Assembly (NCBI GenBank): GCA_964016885.1 | Contig: OZ024747.1 | Coordinates: 32,674,001-32,738,000, forward strand | DNA: 64,000 nt | Direction: 5' to 3' | DNA from: Eledone cirrhosa | Taxonomy: Eukaryota | Notes under the pieces: model-generated | Seen by the model: the letters and a program-made list of their open reading frames with translations, nothing else | Told to the model about the DNA's origin: nothing | Database searches by the model: none | Translations under genes and position numbers: made by a program | In this document: positions 18,701 through 36,799 of the stretch, one piece after another | How the letters are laid out: each line of letters starts with the position of its first letter | Numbering within the stretch: the stretch's first letter is position 1

Positions 18701-20999
18701 ATTACCAACATTACCATCATTACCAACATTATCATCATTACCATCATTACCAACATTATCAACATTATCAACATTACCATCATTATCAACATTATCATCA
18801 TTACCAACATTACCAACATTACCATCATTACCATCATGATCAACATTACCATCATTACCAACATTATCATCATTACCATCATTACCAACATTATCATCAT
18901 TACCAACATTACCATCATTACCAACATTATCATCATTACCATCATTACCAACATTATCAACATTATCAACATTACCATCATTACCAACATTACCAACATT
19001 ACCAACATTACGATCATTACCAACATTACCAACACTATCATTATTACCATCATTAACAACATTATCATTATTACCATCATTATCATCATTACCAACATCA
19101 TCATCATGACCAACATTACCAACATTATCATCGTTACCAACATTACCATCATTATCATCATTACCAACATTATCATCATTACTAACATTGCCAACATTAT
19201 CATCATTAACAACATTACCAACATTATCATCATTACCAACATTACCATCATGACCAACATTATCATCATTAACATCATTATCATAATTATCATCGTTACC
19301 AACATTATCATCATTACCATAATTACTATCATTACCAACATTATCATCATTATCATCATTATCATCATAACCAACATTATCATAATTAACAACGTTGTCA
19401 TCATTACCAAAATTACCATCATTACCACATTATCATCATTACCAACATTACCATCATTACCATCATTACCAACATTTTCACCATTACCAACATTATCATC
19501 ATTACAGTCATTATCATCATTACCAACATTATCATCATAACCAACATTACCATCATTATCAACATTATCATCATTACCATCATTACCAACATTACCAACT
19601 TTACCAACATTACCAACATTACCAACATTACCACCATTACCAACATTATCATCACTACCAACATTACCAACATTATCATCATTACCAATATTACCATCAT
19701 TACCAACATTACCAACATTAACATTATCAACATTAACAACATTATCATCATTACCATCATTACCAACATTACCAACATTATCATCATCACCAACATTATC
19801 ATCATTACCAACATTACCAATATTATCATCATTACCAATATTACCAACATTACCAACATTACCAACTTTACCAACATTACCACCATTACCAACATTATCA
19901 TCATTACCAACATTACCAACATTATCATCATTACGATCATTACCAACATTAACATTATCAACATTAACAACATTATCATCATTACCATCATTACCAACAT
20001 TACCAACATTATCATCATCACCAACATTATCATCATTACCAACATTACCAACATTATCATCATAACCAATATTACCATCATTACCAACATTACCAACATT
20101 ATCATCATTATCAACATTACCATCATTATCATCATTACCAACATTATCAACATTATCATCATTAGCAACATTACCAATATTATTATCATTACCAACATTA
20201 CCAACATTATAATCATTACCATCATTATCAACATTACCAACATTATCATCGTTACCATCATTATCATCATTACCAACATTATCAACATTACCACCATTAC
20301 CAAGATTACCATCATTACCAACATTACCAACTTACCAACATTACCAACATTATCATCATTACCAAGATCATCATCATTACCATCATTACCAACATTATCA
20401 TCATTACCATCATTACCAACATTACCAACATTACCAACATTACCAACATTACCAACATTACCATCATTATCATCATTACCATCATTATCACCATTATCAA
20501 CATTATCATCATTACCAACATTACCAACATTACCATCATTAGCAACATTACCAACATTATCATCATTACCAACATTATCATCATTACCATCATTACCAAC
20601 ATTATCATCATTACCATCATTACCAACATTACTAACATTACCATCATTACCATCATTACCAACATTACTATCATTACCAACATTACCAACATTACCATCA
20701 TTACCAACATTACAAACATTATCATCATTACCATCATTACCAACATTACCATCATTATCATCATTACCAACATTATCATTATTACCAACATTACCATCAT
20801 ACCAACATTATCATCATTACCATCAATATCATCATTACCAACATCACCATCATTACTAACATTACCAAGATTACCAACATTATCATCAATATCATCATTA
20901 TCATCATTACCAACATTATCATCATAACCAACATTATCATCATTACCAACATTATCATCATTACCAACATTACCATCATTATCAATATCATCATTATCA

Positions 21000-23900
21000 T
21001 CATTACCAACATTATCATCATAACCAACATTATCATTATAACCAACATTATCATCATTACAAACATTACCATCATTATCATCATTACCAACATTATCATC
21101 ATTACCAACATTATCATCATTACCATCATTATCATCGTTACAATCATTACCATCCTTATCATCATTAGCAACATTATCATCATTACAATCATTACTACAT
21201 TATCATCATTATCATCACTACCAACATTACCATCATGACCAACATTATCATCATTAACATCATTATCATAATTATCATCATTACCTACATTATCATCATT
21301 ACCATAATTACTATCATTACCAACATTATCATCATTATCATCATTACCAACATTATCATCATAACCAACATTATCATAATTACCAACGTTGTCATCATTA
21401 CCATCATTACCATCATTACCAACATTATCATCATTACCAACATTATCATCATTACAATCATTATCATCATTACCAAAATTATCAACATTATCATCATTAC
21501 CAACATTACCATCATTACCAACATTATCATCATTACCATCATTACCAACATTATCATCAATATCAACATTACCATCATTATCAACATTATCATCATTACC
21601 AACATTACCAACATTACCATCATTACCATCATGATCAACATTACCATCATTACCAACATTAACATCATCACCAACTTTACCAATATTATTGTCATTATTA
21701 ACATGACCTACAGTATCATTATCACCAACATTAGCAACATTATCATCATTACTAACATTACCAACATTACCATCATTACCAACATTACCAACATTACCAA
21801 CATTACGATCATTACCAACATTACCAACACTATCATTATTACCATCATTAACAACATTATCATTATAACCATCATTATCATCATTACCAACATCATCATC
21901 ATGACCAACATTACCAACATTATCATCGTTACCATCATTACCATCATTATCATCATTACCAACATTATCATCATTACTAACATTGCCAACATTATCATCA
22001 TTAACAACATTACCAACATTATCATCATTACCAACATTACCATCATGACCAACATTATCATCATTAACATCATTATCATAATTATCATCGTTACCAACAT
22101 TATCATCATTACCATAATTACTATCATTACCAACATTATCATCATTATCATCATTATCATCATAACCAACATTATCATAATTAACAACGTTGTCATCATT
22201 ACCAACATTACCATCATTACCACATTATCATCATTACCAACATTACCATCATTACCATCATTACCAACATTTTCACCATTACCAACATTATCATCATTAC
22301 AGTCATTATCATCATTACCAACATTATCATCATAACCAACATTACCATCATTATCAACATTATCATCATTACCATCATTACCAACATTATCATCATTATC
22401 AACATTACCATCATTATCAACATTATCATCATTACCAACATTACCAACATTACCATCATTATCATCATGACCAACATTACCATCATTACCAACATTATCA
22501 TCATCACCAACATTACCAACATTATCGTTATTATTAACATTACCTACAGTATCATTATCACCAACATTACCAACATTATCATCATTACTAACATTACCAA
22601 CAATACCATCATTACCATCATTACCAACATTACCAACATTACGATCATTACCAACATTACCAACATTACCATCATTATCATCATTACCAACAGTGCCAAC
22701 ATTATCATCATGACCAAAATTACCAACATTATCATCGTTACCATCATTGCCATCATTATCATCATTACCAACATTATCATCATTACCAACATTGTCAACA
22801 TTATCATCGTTAACAACATTACCAACATTATCATCATTACCAACATTACCAATATTATTATCATTACCAACATTACCAACATTATGATCATTACCATCAT
22901 TATCAACATTACCAACATTATCATCGTTACCATCATTATCATCATTACCAACATTATCAACATTACCACCATTACCAACATTATCATCATTACCAATATT
23001 ACCAACATTACCAACATTACCAACATTACCAACATTATCATCATTACCTACATTATCATCATTACCATCATTACCAACATTACCAACATTACCAACATTA
23101 CCATCATTACCAACATTACCATCATTACCAACATTACCAACATGATCATCATTACCAACACTATCATTATTACCAATATTACCAACATTACCAACATTTT
23201 CATCATTACCATCAATATCATGATTACCAACATCACCATCATTACCAACATTACCAACATTACCAACATTATCATCATTACCAATATTACCATCATTATC
23301 ATCAATACTATCATTAGTAACATTAGCAACATTATCATTATTACCAAAATTAGCATCATTACCAACATTATCATCATTATAATATTACCATCATTACCAT
23401 CATTACTACATTATCATCATTATCATCACCAACATTATCATTACCAACATTATCATTATTACCAACACTATTAACATTATCATCATTACCATCATATCAT
23501 CATTAACAACATTACCACATTATCAACATTAACAAGATTACCATCATTACCAACATTACCATCATTACCAATATTACCATCATTATCATCATTATCACCA
23601 TTACCAACATTATCATCATTACCAAAATTATCATCATTACCATCATTACCATCATTATCATCATTACCATCATTACCAACATTAACATTATCAACATTAA
23701 CAACATTATCATCATTACCATCATTACCAACATTACCAACATTATCATCATTACCAAAATTACCATCTTTAACAACTTTATCATCATTATCATCATTACC
23801 AACATTAGCATCATTACCATCATTACCATCATTATCATCATTACCATCATTACCAACATTAACATTATCAACATTAACAACATTATCATCATTACCATCA

Positions 23901-26900
23901 TTACCAACATTACCAACATTATCATCATCACAAACATTATCATCATTACCAACATTACCAACATTATCATCATTACCAATATTACCATCATTACCAACAT
24001 TACCAACATTACCAACATTACCAACATTATCATCATTACCAACATTACCAACATTATCATCATTACCAATATTACCATCATTACCAACATTACCAACATT
24101 ACCAACATTATCATCATTACCAACATTATCATCATTACCAACATTACCATCATTACCATCATTACCAACATTACCAACAATATCATCATTACCAACATTA
24201 CCAACATTATCATCATTACCAACATTACCATCATTACCATCATTATCAACATTACCAACATTATCATCATTACCAACATTATCATCATTACCAACATTAC
24301 CATCATTACCAACATTACCATCATTACCAACATTACCAACATTACCAACATTATCATCATTACCAACATTACCAACATTACAAACATTATCATCATTACC
24401 ATCATTACCATCATTACCAACATTACCAACATTACCATCATTGCCAACATTATCATTATTACCAATATTACCAACACTATCATTATTACCAACATTATCT
24501 CATTACCATCATTACCAACATTATCATTATTACCATCATTATCATCATTACCAACATTATCAACATTATCATCATTAGCAACATTACCAATATTATTATC
24601 ATTACCAACATTACCAACATTATAATCATTACCATCATTATCAACATTACCAACATTATCATCGTTACCATCATTATCATCATTACCAACATTATCAACA
24701 TTACCACCATTACCAAGATTACCATCATTACCAACATTACCAACATTACCAACAGTACCAACATTATCATCATTACCAAGATCCTCATCATTACCATCAT
24801 TACCAACATTATCATCATTACCATCATTACCAACATTAGCAACATTACCAACATTACCAACATTACCAACATTACCATCATTATCATCATTACCATCATT
24901 ATCACCATTATCAACATTATCATCATTACCAACGTTACCAACATTACCATCATTACCAACATTACCAACATTATCATCATTACCAACATTATCATCATTA
25001 CCATCATTACCAACATTATCATCATTACCATCATTACCAACATTACCAACATTACCATCATTACCATCATTACCAACATTACTATCATTACCAACATTAC
25101 AAACATTATCATCATTACCATCATTACCAACATTACCATCATTATCATCATTACCAACATTATCATTATTACCAATATTACCATCATTACCAACATTATC
25201 ATCATTACCATCAATATCATCATTACCAACATCACCATCATTACTAACATTACCAAGATTACCAACATTATCATCAATATCATCATTATCATCATTACCA
25301 ACATTATCATCATAACCAACATTATCATCATTACCAACATTATCATCATTACCAACATTACCATCATTATCAATATCATCATTATCATCATTACCAACAT
25401 TATCATCATAACCAACATTATCATCATAACCAACATTATCATCATTACCAACATTACCATCATTATCATCATTACAAACATTATCATCATTACCAACATT
25501 ATCATCATTACCATCATTATCATCGTTACAATCATTACCATCCTTATCATCATTAGCAACATTATCATCATTACCATCATTACTACATTATCATCATTAT
25601 CATCACTACCAACATTACCATCATGACCAACATTATCATCATTAACATCATTATCATAATTATCATCATTACCAACATTATCATCATTACCATAATTACT
25701 ATCATTACCAACATTATCATCATTATCATCATTACCAACATTATCATCATAACCAACATTATCATAATTACCAACGTTGTCATCATTACCATCATTACCA
25801 TCATTACCAACATTATCATCATTACCAACATTATCATCATTACAATCATTATCATCATTACCAAAATTATCAACATTATCATCATTACCAACATTACCAT
25901 CATTACCAACATTATCATCATTACCATCATTACCAACATTATCATCATTATCAACATTACCATCATTATCAACATTATCATCATTACCAACATTACCAAC
26001 ATTACCATCATTACCATCATGATCAACATTACCATCATTACCAACATTATCATCATCACCAACATTACCAACATTATTGTCATTATTAACATGACCTACA
26101 GTATCATTATCACCAACATTACCAACATTATCATCATTACTAACATTACCAACATTACCATCATTACCAACATTACCAACATTACGATCATTACCAACAT
26201 TACCAACATTATCATTATTACCATCATTATCATCATTACCAACATCATCATCATGACCAACATTACCAACATTATCATCGTTACCATCATTACCATCATT
26301 ATCATCATTACCAACATTATCATCATTACTAACATTGCCAACATTATCATCATTAACAACAATACCAACATTATCATCATTACCAACATTACCATCATGA
26401 CCAACATTATCATCATTATCATCATTATCATAATTATCACCGTTACCAACATTATCATCATTACCATAATTACTATCATTACCAACATTATCATCATTAT
26501 CATCATTATCATCATAACCAACATTATCATAATTAACAACGTTGTCATCATTACCAACATTACCATCATTACTACATTATCATCATTACCAACATTACCA
26601 TCATTACCATCATTACCAACATTTTCACCATTACCAACATTATCATCATTACAGTCATTATCATCATTACCAACATTATCATCATAACCAACATTACCAT
26701 CATTACCAACATTACCATCATTACCAATATTACCATCATTATCATCATTATCATCATTACCAACATTATCATCATTACAATCATTATCATCATTACCAAA
26801 ATTATCAACATTATCATCATTACCAACATTACCATCATTACCAACATTATCATCATTACCATCATTACCAACATTATCATCATTATCAATATCATCATTA

Positions 26901-29900
26901 TCATCATTACCAACATTATCATCATAACCAACATTATCATTATAACCAACATTATCATCATTACCAACATTACCATCATTATCATCATTACCAACATTAT
27001 CATCATTACCAACATTATCATCATTACCATCATTATCATCGTTACAATCATTACCATCCTTATCATCATTAGCAACATTATCATCATTACAATCATTACT
27101 ACATTATCATCATTATCATCACTACCAACATTACCATCATGACCAACATTATCATCATTAACATCATTATCATAATTATCATCATTACCTACATTATCAT
27201 CATTACCATAATTACTATCATTACCAACATTATCATCATTATCATCATTACCAACATTATCATCATAACCAACATTATCATAATCACCAACGTTGTCATC
27301 ATTACCATCATTACCATCATTACCAACATTATCATCTTTACCAACATTATCATCATTACAATCATTATCATCATTACCAAAATTATCAACATTATCATCA
27401 TTACCAAGATTACCATCATTACCAACATTATCATCATTACCATCATTACCAACATTATCATCAATATCAACATTACCATCATTATCAACATTATCATCAT
27501 TACCAACATTACCAACATTACCATCATTACCATCATGATCAACATTACCATCATTACCAACATTAACATCATCACCAACATTACCAATATTATTGTCATT
27601 ATTAACATGACCTACAGTATCATTATCACCAACATTAGCAACATTATCATCATTACTAACATTACCAACATTACCATCATTACCAACATTACCAACATTA
27701 CCAACATTACGATCATTACCAACATTACCAACACTATCATTATTACCATCATTAACAACATTATCATTATAACCATCATTATCATCATTACCAACATCAT
27801 CATCATGACCAACATTACCAACATTATCATCGTTACCATCATTACCATCATTATCATCATTACCAACATTATCATCATTACTAACATTGCCAACATTATC
27901 ATCATTAACAACATTACCAACATTATCATCATTACCAACATTACCATCATGACCAACATTATCATCATTAACATCATTATCATAATTATCATCGTTACCA
28001 ACATTATCATCATTACCATAATTACTATCATTACCAACATTATCATCATTATCATCATTATCATCATAACCAACATTATCATAATTAACAACGTTGTCAT
28101 CATTACCAACATTACCATCATTACCACATTATCATCATTACCAACATTACCATCATTACCATCATTACCAACATTTTCACCATTACCAACATTATCATCA
28201 TTACAGTCATTATCATCATTACCAACATTATCATCATAACCAACATTACCATCATTATCAACATTATCATCATTACCATCATTACCAACATTATCATCAT
28301 TATCAACATTACCATCATTATCAACATTATCATCATTACCAACATTACCAACATTACCATCATTATCATCATGACCAACATTACCATCATTACCAACATT
28401 ATCATCATCACCAACATTACCAACATTATCGTTATTATTAACATTACCTACAGTATCATTATCACCAACATTACCAACATTATCATCATTACTAACATTA
28501 CCAACAATACCATCATTACCATCATTACCAACATTACCAACATTACGATCATTACCAACATTACCAACATTACCATCATTATCATCATTACCAACAGTGC
28601 CAACATTATCATCATGACCAAAATTACCAACATTATCATCGTTACCATCATTGCCATCATTATCATCATTACCAACATTATCATCATTACCAACATTGTC
28701 AACATTATCATCGTTAACAACATTACCAACATTATCATCATTACCAACATTACCAATATTATTATCATTACCAACATTACCAACATTATGATCATTACCA
28801 TCATTATCAACATTACCAACATTATCATCGTTACCATCATTATCATCATTACCAACATTATCAACATTACCACCATTACCAACATTATCATCATTACCAA
28901 CATTACCAACATTACCAACATTACCAACATTACCAACATTATCATCATTACCTACATTATCATCATTACCATCATTACCAACATTACCAACATTACCAAC
29001 ATTACCATCATTACCAACATTACCATCATTACCAACATTACCAACATGATCATCATTACCAACACTATCATTATTACCAATATTACCAACATTACCAACA
29101 TTTTCATCATTACCATCAATATCATGATTACCAACATCACCATCATTACCAACATTACCAACATTATCATCATTACCAATATTACCATCATTATCATCAA
29201 TACTATCATTAGTAACATTAGCAACATTATCATTATTACCAAAATTAGCATCATTACCAACATTATCATCATTATAATATTACCATCATTACCATCATTA
29301 CTACATTATCATCATTATCATCACCAACATTATCATTACCAACATTATCATTATTACCAACACTATTAACATTATCATCATTACCATCATATCATCATTA
29401 ACAACATTACCACATTATCAACATTAACAAGATTACCATCATTACCAACATTACCATCATTACCAATATTACCATCATTATCATCATTATCACCATTACC
29501 AACATTATCATCATTACCAAAATTATCATCGTTACCATCATTACCATCATTATCATCATTACCATCATTACCAACATTAACATTATCAACATTAACAACA
29601 TTATCATCATTACCATCATTACCAACATTACCAACATTATCATCATTACCAAAATTACCATCTTTAACAACTTTATCATCATTATCATCATTACCAACAT
29701 TAGCATCATTACCATCATTACCATCATTATCATCATTACCATCATTACCAACATTAACATTATCAACATTAACAACATTATCATCATTACCATCATTACC
29801 AACATTACCAACATTATCATCATCACAAACATTATCATCATTACCAACATTACCAACATTATCATCATTACCAATATTACCATCATTACCAACATTACCA

Positions 29901-31850
29901 ACATTACCAACATTACCAACATTATCATCATTACCAACATTACCAACATTATCATCATTACCAATATTACCATCATTACCAACATTACCAACATTACCAA
30001 CATTATCATCATTACCAACATTATCATCATTACCAACATTACCATCATTACCATCATTACCAACATTACCAACAATATCATCATTACCAACATTACCAAC
30101 ATTATCATCATTACCAACATTACCATCATTACCATCATTATCAACATTACCAACATTATCATCATTACCAACATTATCATCATTACCAACATTACCATCA
30201 TTACCAACATTACCATCATTACCAACATTACCAACATTACCAACATTATCATCATTACCAACATTACCAACATTACAAACATTATCATCATTACCATCAT
30301 TACCATCATTACCAACATTACCAGCATTATCATCATTGCCAACATTATCATTATTACCAATATTACCAACACTATCATTATTACCAACATTATCTCATTA
30401 CCATCATTACCAACATTATCATTATTACCATCATTATCATCATTACCAACATTATCAACATTATCATCATTAGCAACATTACCAATATTATTATCATTAC
30501 CAACATTACCAACATTATAATCATTACCATCATTATCAACATTACCAACATTATCATCGTTACCATCATTATCATCATTACCAACATTATCAACATTACC
30601 ACCATTACCAAGATTACCATCATTACCAACATTACCAACATTACCAACAGTACCAACATTATCATCATTACCAAGATCCTCATCATTACCATCATTACCA
30701 ACATTATCATCATTACCATCATTACCAACATTAGCAACATTACCAACATTACCAACATTACCAACATTACCATCATTATCATCATTACCATCATTATCAC
30801 CATTATCAACATTATCATCATTACCAACGTTACCAACATTACCATCATTACCAACATTACCAACATTATCATCATTACCAACATTATCATCATTACCATC
30901 ATTACCAACATTATCATCATTACCATCATTACCAACATTACCAACATTACCATCATTACCATCATTACCAACATTACTATCATTACCAACATTACAAACA
31001 TTATCATCATTACCATCATTACCAACATTACCATCATTATCATCATTACCAACATTATCATTATTACCAATATTACCATCATTACCAACATTATCATCAT
31101 TACCATCAATATCATCATTACCAACATCACCATCATTACTAACATTACCAAGATTACCAACATTATCATCAATATCATCATTATCATCATTACCAACATT
31201 ATCATCATAACCAACATTATCATCATTACCAACATTATCATCATTACCAACATTACCATCATTATCAATATCATCATTATCATCATTACCAACATTATCA
31301 TCATAACCAACATTATCATCATAACCAACATTATCATCATTACCAACATTACCATCATTATCATCATTACAAACATTATCATCATTACCAACATTATCAT
31401 CATTACCATCATTATCATCGTTACAATCATTACCATCCTTATCATCATTAGCAACATTATCATCATTACCATCATTACTACATTATCATCATTATCATCA
31501 CTACCAACATTACCATCATGACCAACATTATCATCATTAACATCATTATCATAATTATCATCATTACCAACATTATCATCATTACCATAATTACTATCAT
31601 TACCAACATTATCATCATTATCATCATTACCAACATTATCATCATAACCAACATTATCATAATTACCAACGTTGTCATCATTACCATCATTACCATCATT
31701 ACCAACATTATCATCATTACCAACATTATCATCATTACAATCATTATCATCATTACCAAAATTATCAACATTATCATCATTACCAACATTACCATCATTA
31801 CCAACATTATCATCATTACCATCATTACCAACATTATCATCATTATCAAC
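21000..31850. repeat. Higher-order tandem duplication, period ~5.90 kb
   Basis: ORF-track pairs 21235/27139 and 22467/28371 (5904); 23512/29407, 24495/30390 and 25583/31478 (5895). Boundaries approximate. Confidence 0.9.
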
Positions 31851-34800
31851 ATTACCATCATTACCAACATTACCAACATTATCATTATTACAAAAATTAC
31901 CATCTTTACCAACATTATCATCATTATCATCATTACCAACATTATCATCATTACCGACAATATCATCATTACCATCATTACCAACATTACCAACATTACC
32001 ACCATTACCAACATTATCATCATTACCAACATTACCAACATTATCATCATTACCAATATTACCATCATTACCAACATTACCAACATTACCACCATTACCA
32101 ACATTATCATCATTACCAACATTACCAACATTATCATCATTACGATCATTACCAACATTAACATTATCAACATTAACAACATTATCATCATTACCATCAT
32201 TACCAACATTACCAACATTATCATCATCACCAACATTATCATCATTACCAACATTACCAACATTATCATCATAACCAATATTACCAACATTACCAACATT
32301 ACCAACATTACCACCATTACCAACATTATCATCATTACCAACATTACCAACATTATCATCATTACCAATATTACCATCATTACCAACATTACCAACATTA
32401 CCAACATTATCATCATTACCAACATTATCATCATTACCATCATTATCATCATTACCATCATTACCAACATTAACATTATCAATATTAACAACATTATCAT
32501 CATTACCATCATCACCAACATTACCAACATTATCATCATTACCAAAATTACCATCTTTAACAACATTATGATCATTATCATCATTACCAACATTATCATC
32601 ATTACCAACATTATCATCATTACCATCATTACCATCATTATCATCATTACCATCATTACCAACATTAACATTATCAACATTAACAACATTATCATCATTA
32701 CCATCATTACCAACATTACCAACATTATCATCATCACCAACATTATCATCATTACCAACATTACCAACATTATCATCATTACCAATATTACCATCATTAC
32801 CAACATTACCAACATTACCAACATTACCACCATTACCAACATTATCATCATTACCAACATTACCAACATTATCATCATTACCAATATTACCATCATTACC
32901 AACATTACCAACATTACCAACATTATCACCATTACCACATTATCATCATTACCAACATTACCATCATTACCATCATTACCAACATTACCAACAATATAAT
33001 CATTACCAACATTACCAACATTATCATCATTACCAACATTACCATCATTACCATCATTATCAACATTACAATATTATCATCATTACCAACATTATGATCA
33101 TTACCAACATTACCATCATTACCATCATTACCAACATTGCCATCATTACCAACATTACCAACATTACCAACATTATCATCATTACCAACATTACCAACAT
33201 TACAAACATTATCATCATTACCATCAATATCATCATTATCATCATTACCAACATTATCATTATTACCAATATTACCATCATTACCAACATTATCATCATT
33301 ACCATCATTATCATCATTACCAACATGACCATCATTACTAACATTACCAAGATTACCAACATTATCATCAATATCATCATTATCATCATTACCAACATTA
33401 TCATCATGACCAACATTATCATCATTACCAATATTACCATCATTATCATCATTATCATCATTACCAACATTATCATTATTACCAATATTATCATCATTAC
33501 CAACATTATCATCATTACCATCATTATCATCGTTACAACCATTACCATCATTATCATCATTAACAACATTACCAACATTATCATCATTACCATCATTACC
33601 AACATTACCAACATTATCATTATTACCAAAATTACCATCATTACCAACATTATCATCATTACCAACATTAATATCATTACCAACATTACAAACATTATCA
33701 TCATTACCATCATTACCAACATTACCATCATTATCATCATTACCAACATTATCATTATTACCAATATTACCATCATTACCAACATTATCATCATTACCAT
33801 CAATATCATCATTACCAACATCACCATCATTACTAACATTACCAAGATTACCAACATTATCATCAATATCATCATTATCATCATTACCAACATTATCATC
33901 ATAACCAACATTATCATCATTACCAACATTATCATCATTACCAACATTACCATCATTATCAATATCATCATTATCATCATTACCAACATTATCATCATAA
34001 CCAACATTATCATCAAACCAACATTATCATCATTACCAACATTACCATCATTATCATCATTACAAACATTATCATCATTACCAACATTATCATCATTACC
34101 ATCATTATCATCGTTACAATCATTACCATCCTTATCATCATTAGCAACATTATCATCATTACCATCATTACTACATTATCATCATTATCATCACTACCAA
34201 CATTACCATCATGACCAACATTATCATCATTAACATCATTATCATAATTATCATCATTACCAACATTATCATCATTACCATAATTACTATCATTACCAAC
34301 ATTATCATCATTATCATCATTACCAACATTATCATCATAACCAACATTATCATAATTACCAACGTTGTCATCATTACCATCATTACCATCATTACCAACA
34401 TTATCATCATTACCAACATTATCATCATTACAATCATTATCATCATTACCAAAATTATCAACATTATCATCATTACTAACATTACCATCATTACCAACAT
34501 TATCATCATTACCATCATTACCAACATTATCATCATTATCAACATTACCATCATTACCAACATTACCAACATTATCATTATTACAAAAATTACCATCTTT
34601 ACCAACATTATCATCATTATCATCATTACCAACATTATCATCATTACCGACAATATCATCATTACCATCATTACCAACATTACCACGATTACCACCATTA
34701 CCAACATTATCATCATTACCAACATTACCAACATTATCATCATTACCAATATTACCATCATTACCAACATTACCAACATTACCAACATTACCACCATTAC

Positions 34801-36799
34801 CAACATTATCATCATTACCAACATTACCAACATTATCATCATTACCAATATTACCATCATTACCAACATTACCAACATTACCAACATTATCATCATTACC
34901 AACATTATCATCATTACCATCATTATCATCATTACCATCATTACCAACATTAACATTATCAACATTAACAACATTATCATCATTACCATCATCACCAACA
35001 TTACCAACATTATCATCATTACCAAAATTACCATCTTTAACAACATTATCATCATTATCATCATTACCAACATTATCATCATTACCAACATTATCATCAT
35101 TACCATCATTACCATCATTATCATCATTACCATCATTACCAACATTAACATTATCAACATTAACAACATTATCATCATTACCATCATTACCAACATCACC
35201 AACATTATCATCATCACCAACATTATCATCATTACCAACATTACCAACATTATCATCATTACCAATATTACCATCATTACCAACATTACCAACATTATCA
35301 TCATTACCAACATTACCAACATTATCATCATTACCAATATTACCATCATTACCAACATTACCAACATTACCAACATTATCACCATTACCAACATTATCAT
35401 CATTACCAACATTACCATCATTACCATCATTACCAACATTACCAACAATATAATCATTACCAACATTACCAACATTATCATCATTACCAACATTACCATC
35501 ATTACCATCATTATCAACATTACAACATTATCATCATTACCAACATTATGATCATTACCAACATTACCATCATTACCATCATTACCAACATTGCCATCAT
35601 TACCAACATTACCAACATTACCAACATTATCATCATTACCAACATTACCAACATTACAAACATTATCATCATTACCATCAATATCATCATTATCATCATT
35701 ACCAACATTATCATTATTACCAATATTACCATCATTACCAACATTATCATCATTACCATCATTATCATCATTACCAACATGACCATCATTACTAACATTA
35801 CCAAGATTACCAACATTATCATCAATATCATCATTATCATCATTACCAACATTATCATCATGACCAACATTATCATCATTACCAATATTACCATCATTAT
35901 CATCATTATCATCATTACCAACATTATCATTATTACCAATATTATCATCATTACCAACATTATCATCATTACCATCATTATCATCGTTACAACCATTACC
36001 ATCATTATCATCATTAACAACATTACCAACATTATCATCATTACCATCATTACCAACATTACCAACATTATCATTATTACCAAAATTACCATCATTACCA
36101 ACATTATCATCATTACCATCATTACCAACATTACCAACATTACCAACATTACCAACATTATCATCATTACCAACATTATCATCATTATCAACATTACCAA
36201 CATTATCATCATTACCAATATTACCATCATTACCAACATTATCATCATTATCAACATTACCAACATTATCATCATTACCAATATTACCATCATTACCAAC
36301 ATTACCAACATTACCAACATTACCAACATTATCATCATTACCAATATTACCATCATTACCAACATTATCATCATTACCATCATTACCAACATTACCAATA
36401 TTACCATCATTACCAACATTACCAACATTACCAACATTACCAACAATATCATCATTACCAACATTATCATCATTACCATCACTACCAACATTATCATCAT
36501 TAACATCATTACCAACATTACCAACATTACTATCATTACCAACATTACCAACATTACCATCATTACCAACATTACAAACATTATCATCATTACAATCATT
36601 ACCATCATTACCAACATTACCATCATTATCATCATTACCAACATTATCATTATTACCAATATTACCATCATTACCAACATTATCATCATTACCATCAATA
36701 TCATCATTACCAACATCACCATCATTACTAACATTACCAAGATTACCAACATTATCATCAATATCATCATTATCATCATTACCAACATTATCATCATAA